In this document: positions 53,461 through 64,000 of the stretch, one piece after another
Position numbering within the stretch: the first letter of the stretch is position 1
Layout: every line of letters begins with the position of its first letter
Source: Zygnema circumcarinatum SAG 698-1b
Taxonomy: Eukaryota > Plantae > Zygnematophyceae
DNA: 64,000 bases
NCBI GenBank assembly: GCA_037447605.1
Contig: CM074808.1
Span: 1,674,001-1,738,000, forward strand
Direction: 5' to 3'
Notes under the pieces: generated by a model
What the model saw: the letters and a program-made list of their open reading frames with translations, nothing else
Told to the model about the DNA's origin: nothing
Database searches by the model: none
Made by a program: the position numbers and the translations under genes

Positions 53461-54601
53461 GTAGCCCCCGCATGCTATAGCCCTCGCCGTAACCGCAACA
53501 TGTAACTTGTAACTCGAGCGTACACGTAGCCGTAGCCGTAGCTGGTAGCCGCCGCGCTTCGGGCTGTACCAGAGCGGCCCGCGGCCAAGGGAAGCCTCGC
53601 ACGCAACGGCCCATGTTCCACCCTTGCACATAGCCATGTGGTTATCAGGAAACTCATACCAAACGCGTAAGCGTAGGCATTGTTGTGCCTCGGCGTAGCT
53701 TTCCACCTCCTTGCTTTTTTCTTATGTCCTCTGATCCTTTGCGACAGGTTCATCGTAGTTCAATAGCAAAAGTAGCTGAAATAAGAGCAGCAGCAGCAGA
53801 AGCAGAGTAAGGAGCACTAAAAACAGCAGGTGCAAAAAGGGCAGCAGCAGAAAAAGTAGTAACAACCCTGAAAGCAGCAGCAACCCTAAAAGGAAGACCA
53901 TCCCCATTGCTCACCGTTGGACAAATGGATGATTCGCGAACAGTGGAATTTGTGGAGCGAATGTTGCATCTTGCAATAAAACACATACAAAATAACGCAG
54001 CATGTCCACAAAGCCTCTTGCTGAAAGATTCCGGGACTTCAAAGGCACTCCACGAGTAATCTACACAGAAAAACACATAACGTTAACCCTTTCCCCTCCT
54101 CTCAATCTCTTTCACACCCTTTCTTTGACTTCCAGCCAAAAGATCCATGCAGTATGACATATTACCTGCTGTACAATAGCTTCAAGGTCGGGAAGAAATG
54201 GGAAAACCATATTCACAAGCGCTTCATTTGGTTTAAGACAAGAACGCTCCAAAAAATAATCATCGCTTTCCTTTTTGAATCCTGCAAGCACCCTACAGAC
54301 GGGAGGGACAATCAAAGAAAGGTAATTGATTGCAAGGGCTTTATTTGAAGCTTGGCCCCACCTCCTTGCCACCTAGATTTCATCAAACCCACAAGAGTGC
54401 GTGAAGCATTCCCTTGCTGCCGCACCACGGAATATGTGCAAGGTGCCTGAACAACGGAGATCTAAGTGCTCAATGACTTTTTTCATGAACTTTGATTGTG
54501 CTTCACGATACATTTCAACCTTAGTGGAGTCTTTGGACGGAAACAATAAGGTTTTGTACCTGCAAAACAACAAACAAATGTATCAATAAAAACAGTACAT
54601 T

Positions 54602-55071
54602 TGTAGCGAAACGCTATACATGTGTTGTACGGCCTAACATTTATATCCGCGGTTGCCTTTTAATGGTAAAGCACTTAGGTGAGTACCAGGAGGTCCAGAG
54701 TTTGAACCTTGCTGTTGGCAGGTTTGTTACATTGGTATCAGAGCCTAAGGACTGGTATTTGTAATCCACCCCAAAAACACCGTGATCTCTGAGCATGATA
54801 CGGCTTGGCTGACTGGTCCCCAGCCAAACAATGGCCAGAGGGTCTGAACCGTGGCGGGCATGTGTTGAAGGAGCTTGAATGCAGCTCGTGAAAAACCTTG
54901 AGGGTGTGCTCGAGGACGAGCCCGGTTTAGGTGGGGAGGAATATAGCAAAACGCTATAAATGTGTTGTACGGCCTAGTACTTACATCCGCAGTTGCCTTT
55001 TAATGGTAAAGCACTTAGGTGGGTACCAGGAGGTCTTGAGTTTGAACCTTGCTATTGGTAGGTTTGTTACA
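54602..55071 (+). mobile_element. TRIM (470 bp) with tRNA-like LTRs
   Basis: 130-bp LTRs at 54602-54731 and 54942-55071 (~13 differences by eye). PBS TGGTATCAGAGC at 54733, PPT AGGTGGGGAGGAA at 54929-41, 5-bp TSD ACATT on both flanks, no coding capacity. Inserted in an intron of the Crypton-like gene. Confidence 0.95.
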
Positions 55072-55380
55072 ACATTTGTGCAAAAATATAAAACAAAATA
55101 CACAAATAATAGTTGATTGGATAAGTTTAGACTCACCAAAGGTAGTTGCTCCAAAAATCTGGAGGAGGTTCTTCTGATACAATGAACCTGTGGAAGAAAT
55201 ATCGTGATATCCATCCATGACTGCAAAGTTCCGGATCTGAATGTCTAAATGAAGCCCCATATTGGACTGCTCCTCCCGAGTTCTTTTTCCCCCCATGTGA
55301 CACCACACCTAGGACAGTACATTCAGATGGGCCAATAGTTGTTGTAGCCATATCATCAATAAATAGATAAATAAATAAAA

Positions 55381-56902
55381 ACGCCTTCAACAAAGGTTGA
55401 AACATAGCTGGAACAGTGGGCATGGCCTCACCCGCAGTGGGTTGCCACTCCTGATCTTCATCATGAGCATCCTCGGTTGCCGCCATGACTTGCACCATAA
55501 ACAAGATGCTATTCGTTTTCAAGGCCTAGCCAATTTGCATGGCAGAGCATAGAAACGACAAAGACAACTGCGAAGAGGCCAGTCAGGAAGGACTGCCTGG
55601 TTGTAGCGTTATGCGTCTACCCTCACTGCGGAGGACGCAATTAGGGACAACAAAATCCAGCTGGGCACCCATATGCGTCAGCCATTTGCTCCCCAAGATA
55701 AAGTCTGTGCCTGGGGCTAACAACGTCAACAAGCAGTTGACGACCCCGGAGTAAGACTGAATCTTCAATTTCACGCTGACGCTGCCAGAAATTTGGCCCG
55801 TGCGTCCATCCTCGAAAGTTACACTATCGGAATGAGGTTGGACTGCAAACCTTGCAGTCCGGACAAAGGCTGCGCTAACAAAGTTAGCGTCCGCGCCAGT
55901 GTCCTGTAGAATCACTGCTGAGTGCCTGTCGGCTGACCCTTGAAAGGTCATCGAACGATGGGCCAAGTGGAAAATGGACCGTAGCACATTTGGTGCGTGG
56001 GGACGCGCAGTCCGCCACACAAGGGAATGAGGAGACTTCACCAGCGCACTGGTGGGAGCTCCAGACATCCACCTAAGAAGGGAGAAGCCTTTCTTCCACA
56101 ACTTTACCACTTTCCACTCAGTCTGTGGAGAAGCCCTCACTACCACATGTTGTGGGAGCAGGACTCGCAGACTGAGTACATGGTCCTTCGACCGCAGCAA
56201 GCGCAAGGCATCAAATGCACATTGCACTAAGGCATCATTGCCCATGGCATTCAAGATAACAACATGCCATTCGTTTCCAAAGACAACATTCGAAAACGTT
56301 GTTGGAGTCACAGACGTAGAAGGTAGCAATGAATAATCAGCAGGGAATGCATTGCACACAAATAACATGTTCCCACCGAAAATTCCCCCAATCACATTGA
56401 GAATGTCATGTCTCCGTGGAATACAACATTCTACCCTAGTGACGGCAGCCAACGTGCTGCCCCCTCCACTAACAAGCCCACCGGCAGGGACTCCTAAGCT
56501 GCTGGTGGGGAGCCGTTTTCGGCCGTCCCCTTCCCCTTTCTATCCTTCTTGAAAGATGGCCAGTCGTAAGACCTATGCCCCACCTTCCTGCAGCGGAAAC
56601 ACTTGTTTTCCGCTCTCAAAGCCTCCATCTCCNNNNNNNNNNNNNNNNNNNNNNNNNNNNNNNNNNNNNNNNNNNNNNNNNNNNNNNNNNNNNNNNNNNN
56701 NNNNNNNNNNNNNNNNNNNNNNNNNNNNNNNNNNNNNNNCCGTACGGCTATCGAACCTTTGGCGGTTCGATCCGTGGACCTCCTTTTGGTCAACATAGTA
56801 TCCCGGCGACCTTACCCTCTAGGTAGGCGCCAGGACGAGAAGGTATACATAGTATGTACTATGTATGTGCCCCCCAGGGTCTTGCTGTAGCGTTACGCTA
56901 CA
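55381..56902 (-). mobile_element. 3'-truncated Ty3/gypsy element: 5' LTR start, gag zinc knuckle, protease
   Basis: LTR start TGTAGCGTAACGCTACA at 56902, then a gap, knuckle CFRCRKVGH, protease LQDTGADANFVS..DFILGSKWL and pre-RT linker FQPLLKAF, where it breaks off. Confidence 0.85.
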
Positions 56903-57269
56903 CAGTCCCTCGTTTAGGATCAATGAACATCTTGTAGACACAAAAAACTAAAAGACATTTACTTTCAAATTACATTATGTTACAAGGAAGATAAAGCGGG
57001 TGAGACAAAGGTAAGGAGTGGGTGAGGGAGAGCGAGAGAGAGGGAGAGACCGGCAAACAAAAGGAGAAAGAGAGAGAGGGGAAAGAGGGAGGGGAGGGGA
57101 GAGGAAAAGAGGGATAAAAGGAAGAGAGAGGGAGGGAGAGAGGGAGAGAGGGAGGAGGGAGGGGGAGAGGGGGGAGAGAGGGAGGAGGGAGGGGGAGAGC
57201 AAGTAAGGAGGGAGAGAGGGAGAGATCGGGAAGCAAAGGGGGAAAGAGAGAAAGCAGTAAGCAACAAGC

Positions 57270-58028
57270 AAAATGTAGAATGCAAAATGCAGAATGCAGA
57301 ATGTTGAATGCTGAATGCAGAATGCAGAATGCAGAATGTAGAATGGAGAATTCAAAATGCAAAATGCAGAATGCGGAATGGAGAATGCAGAATGCAGAAA
57401 GCAGAATGCAGAAAGCAGAAAGTAGAAAGCAAAAAGATAACTTGCCTAAGTCATCTTTCATCGGTAGAGCGGGCCATCATCTCCACCATATACTTGACTT
57501 GCAAGTTTTCACTCACTTTTACACCCAAAGATACATGATCATGTGTTTATAAAATCAATAGTTTTTTGGGCATGTTGCAATGCAAAAATACTATTAGACA
57601 AAGTGCTTGGGGTTAAAGGACTTGCATTCATAGTGCCATTGTCTAATCTCCAAAATAAAAATACTGCACTCTTTCTGAATGTGGAACTGGCCTCCAACCC
57701 TCTGATTCACACTTAGCAACAAATTGCTTTATTACGGGGCGGTATGATGCCTTCGTAGATTTTGGGCGTAATCTCTCTACCCCAGAAACTAATAAGTGGC
57801 TTTGAGCTGTAGTTGCCCTGCACAAAAACAGAAGGAAAACCCTTAATTCCATAATTCTTCAAAAAGAGTGACATAAAATGTACATACTTTGAAAGAAAAG
57901 TAGAAAGCAGAAAGCCAAAAGCAAAAAGCAGAAAGAAGAAAGTAGAAAGCAGAAAGTAGAAAGCAGAAAGCAGAAAGCAAAAAGCAAAAAGCAAAAAGCA
58001 AAAAGCAGAAAGCAAAAAGCAAAAAGCA
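57270..58028. repeat. Two heptamer arrays, (AATGCAG)n at ~57270-57432 and (AAAGCAG/AAAAGCA)n at ~57893-58028, in putative introns of the Crypton-like gene
   Basis: Direct observation; a GA-rich tract precedes them at 57020-57250. Confidence 0.85.
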
Positions 58029-58394
58029 TACCTTGGCTTTATAGGCATGTTGCGTCTTTGTTCCTCTTCATTTTCAATTGTCGTTTCTGCTGCAAATATT
58101 GTCCTTTTAAGCTCTTCATCTCCTATAATACATCCATTCTTCATCACTAGATAAGAGGGATCATCAAATACGCTCCACTCTTCGACTTCTGGACTCAACC
58201 CTAGATGATGAGGATAGAGATGAGGAATTCTTGGATCCATTTCGGCAATAGAAGAAAGAGGTAAGTAAACCACGCTGCATAAATGGATGGATAGAAAAAA
58301 AGATGGATAAAGGCGTACCTGCAGCACATGCGGTGGTAATGCGTAAGGGGGGGGGGGGGGGGGGGGGGGNNNNNNNNNNGAATATGGTACACGG

Positions 58395-59093
58395 CAATTC
58401 AGTGTAGGCAAAAGTGGAATAACTCATTACAAGCATTCAAGAAGATTCTGGCGTATGAAAATCATATCCCCAGTGGGAAGTTAGATTACTGGAACCAAAG
58501 TGGAGAGGACAGGAGAATACGATTTACCGGCACGTTTTTCCAAAAACATTTACAATAAGTTTCACGAAGCAACAGCAGGCAATCAGAGTGTGTGCCCAAC
58601 GATTGTTGCTAATGCATTTGAAGAAACGATGGAGCGTTAGCGTGCTTTAGCCAATGTGCCAGTATCACCACCACCAGTGACTCGGCGTGCTTCAGCCAAT
58701 GTGTCGATATCACCACCACCAGTGACTCAGCGTGCTTCAGCCAATGTGCCGGTATCACCACCACCAGTGACTCAGCGTGCTTCAGCCAATGTGCCGGTAT
58801 CACCACTACCAGTGACTCAACGTGCTTCAGCCAATGTGCCATTATCGCCACCACCAATGACTGCGATGCACTCCACAGCTAAGTTGAAGCGACGAGCGGA
58901 AGCAGTGGCCGATGGAATATCAAAAAAGTGGAAAGAGGAGTCATGCGAGTGGAGGGAAAGTTTGGCAAAAGATGACGAGAAATTCATGGGATACATGTCA
59001 GGCTTAATGGAAGAAAACTGGCGTAGGCAAGATGCGGGAAGAAAAGAAATTCTAGGTGCAATGAATATGTTTTTTGAAAAGTTTCAAAAGTAA
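58395..59093 (+). pseudogene. Myb/SANT (trihelix-like) DNA-binding protein of a PIF/Harbinger element, frameshifted, with an internal 45-bp tandem repeat
   Basis: IQCRQKWNNSLQAFKKI..DYW..(frameshift)..LPARF; PVSPPPVTQRASANV repeated ~5 times (58643-58860); convergent with the transposase. Confidence 0.7.
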
Positions 59094-59465
59094 CTTGATT
59101 GTTAGCAGTTTGGAAATAAGCCAGTGAGAAAAGGGTCAAACAAAAGGGTAAAGGTAAAGGTGGAGGGAAAAGGAGAGGAAAAGGTTGGGTCTAGGGGATG
59201 GGGAAAAAGCAAGGGATGGGGAAGAGGCAGAGAGGGAGAGGGTCGTAGATGGAACCCTGTCGCTTTGTGTGTGTGTGTGGTTTTGTTTTTTTAATTGAAT
59301 TTGTTTCCTTTTTCTCAATGCCCTTCTTCTGCCTTCCTTCCCTCCTCAAGCAGTTTTGAATGTTTGTGGATTTTGGAGATCTTTTTTTGCGGCATATTGG
59401 TGCTTGCTGGTGCCGTAAGGGATGCTGCTCCCATTTGAACAAAAATATTGCTGTATTAATAGTAG

Positions 59466-60359
59466 TCAACGCTCTAGAGCGGGGCCGTACAATCTAAACA
59501 AATATGCAGCATGTTTCCTCCGTAATACTACCCCATCTACATCCTCATCATCATCATCCATAAGTACACCCCCTCTATCATTTCCTTTATCAATGTTTCC
59601 ACCATCCTCATCTTCATCAAATTCTTCCACACTTTCATGATGAAGCATGAAGTTATGTAAAATACATACTGTAAGTGTTTGAGGGTTAACCATCTGAACT
59701 TCACTGTCTAAAATACGCCATCTTCTTTTCAAAATTCCATACAACCTTTCTACACACATTCGAGCTCTACCATGATAGAAGTTGAATGATTGTTCCGGTT
59801 CTCCAATGAGACTGGCGGCAAAAGGCCTTATGAGACTCTTTCGTAGTGGATAACCTGCATCAGCAATGATGTATGGTGTGAAGTTGAAGCCATCCACTTC
59901 CTTAGGGCTCCCTTGCAAGCATCCTCCATAAGTGATCCTTCTGCCAATGGCTGAGTTTGCAAAGACTCGAGCATCATGGACAGAACCTAGCCATCCAATG
60001 TTGGCATCTAAGATCCTTGTGTCAGGACCCACCACTGTCAGCATAATCATACTATTATCTATGGTTTCTATCATACCAGTCTTTATTACGTAATCCTGGC
60101 CCTAACTTAATGTTCATATGGGTTGCATCAATAGCTCTGTAACAATTTACAAACCCCCATCGCTCCTCAAATTCTCTTGCCACGGTACTAAGGACTTCAT
60201 CACTTTGGCCAAGCCACAAATGTAGGAGTCAAAATAGACCTTACAGCTTTACAAAAGCATTTTGTCTTACGCCATACAATCAATGCACTCACTCCAAATA
60301 GTGTCCCTGTGACATGTGAAGAGCCCCTGTGGGCTAACCTATGTAGACACATCTCTACC
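59466..60359 (-). mobile_element. PIF/Harbinger (HARBI1-like) transposase, decayed, 5' part cut off by a gypsy insertion
   Basis: LHRLAH..FGVS, GWLGSVHDARVF, IIADAGYP, FNFYHGRARMCVERLYGILKRRWRIL and CILHNF. Confidence 0.9.
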
Positions 60360-61419
60360 TGTAACGGCTGAAATCTAACTCCTTCAGCCTGCGCGGAATA
60401 ACACACCAGCACTCAGAGTTCAGCGAGAGGGCGAGAGCAAGAGCGAGAGAGAGAGCTTCAGAGAGTGGCGCAGCCCTGGTCAGGGGTGCAACCGAATGCC
60501 GGTACGTTGGTTGGGTGACGACAGTCACCCACGCCCCTTTACGCTTCCCCCGTCGAACCTCCTACCAGCATGGAGGATTGGAAGCAGGGCCGTCCAATGG
60601 CAGACTGCCACGTGTCCCTCTCTGACCCGAATGGGTCAGAGGTGTACAACGTACGAACGCTCACCANNNNNNNNNNAAAGGTCCGATGAAGCGGGGCCAC
60701 AGCTTACGTGTTCCGCCATAAGCTTTGAGTCTCAAGTTCGCCGTACTTAGCAACACCTCATCGCCTTCGTTGAAGGTGAGTTGGGTACGGTGACGGTCAG
60801 CATAGGCCTTTTGTCGCGACTGGGCCGCTAGCAGGGTCTGTCGTGCCCTCTGCAGCGCCTCAGACATTAGTTGGACAAAAGATCTGACTGCGGGAGGTTG
60901 AGTCCCATCAGTCCCTCTCAGCTTCCAAGGATCGGGGTTTCTGTGGACGCCCATGTTCCACGGATCAGGGGACTGATCCCTTGGTTGCAGGGGATTTAGG
61001 GGATGCTGACCAAAATTCAGGAAGAAAGGGGTGGTACCAATGGACTCCTGGAAAGCATTATTGATGGCATACTCAGCCACTGGGAGCAGTTCGTCCCACC
61101 CATCCGGGTAGGTCCCATAATGCCGAGGTAATCCTCCAGATCCCGCTCACCCGCTCCGCCTCCCCGCCATCAGTTTGGCGGGTGGAAAGTCGTACTCAAC
61201 GCTTCCTCGCTTTTCTTGGTCCCAACGATTTGAGCACTCGGCCCAAAAATGGCCGTGAATCGCGGGATCACTTCGCCGCATACTTGGATCAAGACCATGC
61301 TGGCTCCACACTTTGTCAACATACAACCGTGCAATCTCGTCGGCCCCAGCGGTCTTAGTAGTTGGTGCAAAATGCACCATCTTGCTGAGTCGATCGACAA
61401 AGACGAGGATGGAGTCATG
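60360..61419 (-). mobile_element. Ty3/gypsy integrase and 3' LTR end, same family as 52767-53460
   Basis: HDSILVFVDRLSKMVHF, AEYAINNA..TPFFLNFGQHP, RQKAYAD, GDEVLL and KLWPRFIGP. The LTR end CGTTACA at 60360 sits inside the Harbinger transposase. Confidence 0.88.
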
Positions 61420-64000
61420 TGTTGAAGCAGGGGTCTGCTCCCCACTTCCGGCGCCACCTCGGGTGTCGCCCTCCATTGGAACTTGAGTTCCCACGGATGA
61501 AGACATTCAAACACTCAAAGCTCTATCTTACTTCACTCATCGCCCATAACAACAGAATGAAGCTACAAGACAAGCACAGCGGAAATCACAATGAGAGAGT
61601 GTTAGGAGAAAGCTCACGGCTCTAAAACTCCTTATAATAAAACTGTCTTCCCACAATGAAGTTCTCCCACTACTTCAAGGTCCCTCTTACTCACCACCTC
61701 ACCTACAAGTGTAGGCAAAATTTAGCAAAGACGAAAGGTGTCTCCGGTAAGACCCGGTGACTATGACAGAGTAGTGTAGGTGGATTACTTCCATAAGTAA
61801 AACTACGACTATAATATGGCTATCCTCGCGACGCGGACATTGACATGTCACGCCGTCCGCCATTGCAAAAACTACGTGACCGAAGTCCGGAGTGGGCGCA
61901 TCAAATAGCGCATCAGCTAGCTGCCTCAGAAAACCTACGGCGGCGCCGCACCTAGTTCTACGGATCGCATATCCGTCTGCATGCTGCTGCTTCGCCAGCC
62001 GCCTTCGCCACACATCTCGCCGACATCAACTCGCTGACCTACATCGCGAAGTGGTCCACGTATGCATTCCTAAGCCACACCAAATACCTTATGTCAAGCT
62101 CACGCCAGAACTTTATGCCTCACAAGCTACTGTCATGCATTAATCGAGTCGCCAAGGTCTCAGATGCTAATCATGTCACACACTAATCAAAGTTGCGTGA
62201 TTCAGACTCCACTTACTTGTGTCACCGCCACACTAATCAGCTACCAGACTCCTCACAAGACTACAAGACTCACCAAAGTCAGAGCAATCGGCTATCACTA
62301 AATCTAAGAGCACTACGCTTCTTAGCAGATTCATGTTCTACAAACTGAGTACTACAACAAGTTAGTGTGTGCCATACAATGTCTAACTATCATACACTAA
62401 CACTAAATAACTCTTGGGACTCGCCTCATGGGCCCCAGCCCAATCAACCTGCCGCTCACTAGTAGTGTCTCCCCCTCACACCTTTAGTCAACATGTTCGC
62501 GAGCCTGCTCTTTTGTTCCTACAAACTTCACCACTATCATCCCTTCCTCTACCAACTCTCGCACATAATGATATTGCACCCTAATGTGTTTGGTTCTTTT
62601 ATGGAACACAGGGTTTTCCATAAGAGCTATAGATGACTGGTTGTCCGTGAAAAGAGTCAATGGTAAGCCAGGGTCGTGCTTTACATTCTACCTCAAAGAA
62701 ATGTTGGAACCACATCCCTCCTTCACAAGGCGGGCACGCCCCATGTATTCTCCTTCGGTGGCTCTACGCTTACCGTAATCTTGTAACTGAAAGCCCATGA
62801 GATCGCCCGCTCAGAACACAAATCCTGACGCCGCATCGCGTGACGCGTCCACGCCACCTCCTCAATCTCGGAAGTCGGTGTATCCCATCGACTCAGTCGC
62901 CCCTCTCAAACCCGAGGTCAGAATCCGTCCCTTTCATCAATCTCAAGATCCGCCACCGCCTCCCAGCCGTCAAGACCGATTCTCCATGAACCGACTTGCT
63001 GAGCTCACGGCTTTCGCCAAGTCAGGACGAGTACCTATCATCAGATACATTAAACTCCCGGATGTCGATTCAGACGCACTGCACATTCTCTCGTATCTCC
63101 GCGATCTCTGCCGCAGTATCATATTTCCGACAATCGCTGCTCCGACATCTCCATCAACTCGAGCAAGGACGCACTCTCCATTTTTGAACCTGGCAGTACA
63201 TCTGCGGCGCATTTCTTCCTCGAATATTAAAGAAAGAAGCTGCCGCCCTCGCCTCTTCAACTGCATTCCTAGGAGATACTGTGCCTCCCCTAGATCCGAC
63301 ATTTTGAAGTTAGCTTCCAAAAGCTGCTTCAAATCATTGATTCTCTCCAATGAGAGGCTCACCATTATGAGGTCGTCCACGTAGATCCCAACGTACATGA
63401 GATCTGCCTCTTCCCCTTGTCGGTAGACGGAATGATCCGTCTCAAATCGCGCAAATCCGTTACTCCTCAGGAGGTCATCAATTTTCGTACCAAATCCTGG
63501 GCACCTGTTTCAGTCCATACAATTTTTTTACAAGACGACAAACGATGTTTCTTCGCCTCGACAATCCTTTCCTTCTGCCGTACTTACGATCTCTCGAGAT
63601 CTCCGCATAAAACGCTGTCTTGATATCGAAGTTGATGTAATGGGTATCCCTCGCCGCCGCAATCGCATATTAGGGGCACCTGAGGAGTTGAACTACTCAC
63701 GGGGCGAAGGTCTCCGTAGCTCCATTCCACGCTTCTGGTTGAAGCCCTTCACACTGTGACGCTGCTTTGTAACGGTCGTGACGCTTTCCCGCCCGCCGCC
63801 GCCTTGAACACCCACTTGCATCCAATGGCCCGCTTTCCCCTCGCCGCAGCTCCTCAAGTCGCCACGCGGCCGCTTCTCCAGCAACTGTCCCACTCGCTGC
63901 CGATCGCCGCCGCTTTTCTTACTTTCTCCATCACCCCGCTGCAGGCCTCCTCAAAGGCTTGCGTTCCTGATCATAAACAGGCAGCCTCCCTTCACAGGTC
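61420..64000 (-). mobile_element. Ty1/copia retrotransposon (RT-RNase H remnant and ~980-bp 3' LTR) inserted in the gypsy integrase; continues off-window
   Basis: YVGIYVDDL, KMSDLGEAQYLLG, GSLMYLMIGTRPDL and HKRTKHI. LTR from TGTTAGTGTAT (62402) to TTCAACA (61420), with ends resembling the 51593-52379 LTR. Confidence 0.88.

Larger units (their letters stand above)
53911..58240 (-). pseudogene. Crypton-like (CryptonF / NDC10-domain) tyrosine recombinase pseudogene with spliceosomal introns, interrupted by a TRIM and a gypsy element
   Basis: Segments RPKSTKASY..KQF, GPSEC..GGKKNSGG..YGASFRHSDPELCSHG..YFFHRF..PDF..W, HIFRG (HxxR), NYL (candidate catalytic Tyr), LAGF..YFLER and GF..LR..LLQD..HPF. 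In-frame stop at 54373. Confidence 0.75.

Noticed and set aside
58346-58379. Poly-G tract
   Set aside because: Abuts an N gap and may be a sequencing or assembly artefact.
58643-58860. CRISPR-like regular repeats
   Set aside because: Head-to-tail 45-bp coding repeats without unique spacers, in a eukaryotic context with no cas genes.
61080-64000. Dense frameshifts as evidence of programmed recoding
   Set aside because: More simply explained by decay or low-accuracy gap-fill sequence.

Overview
Eukaryotic, intron-rich DNA. The plant-type UVR8 and SYF2 genes, TTTAGGG-like repeats and tRNA-iMet-type PBS point to a green plant, most likely a streptophyte alga or early-diverging land plant (inference). 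Bases ~1-47 kb are gene-dense: UVR8 (3' end off-window), a LARGE-like GT8 xylosyltransferase, ATR kinase, pterin aldehyde reductase-like SDR plus an inverted truncated copy of it, a 3xC2H2 zinc finger/PARP-like ADP-ribosyltransferase, cytosolic GluRS, an unknown coiled-coil protein with KEN and D-box motifs, and SYF2. Between the genes lie a MULE-like foldback element, a pogo-type MITE, a candidate C/D snoRNA and telomere-like arrays. Bases ~50-64 kb are a nested transposon island with assembly gaps: two copia elements, three Ty3/gypsy copies, a PIF/Harbinger element, a Crypton-like tyrosine-recombinase pseudogene and a 470-bp TRIM. Top finding: the TRIM's 130-bp LTRs carry a tRNA-like A-box/B-box module. 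The same module and the same terminal hairpin (TGTAGCG-NNN-CGCTACA) occur in the LTRs of neighbouring protein-coding Ty3/gypsy elements, suggesting an autonomous/non-autonomous pair of tRNA-LTR retrotransposons. Exon boundaries were read by eye, and family assignments rest on remembered motifs, not database searches.
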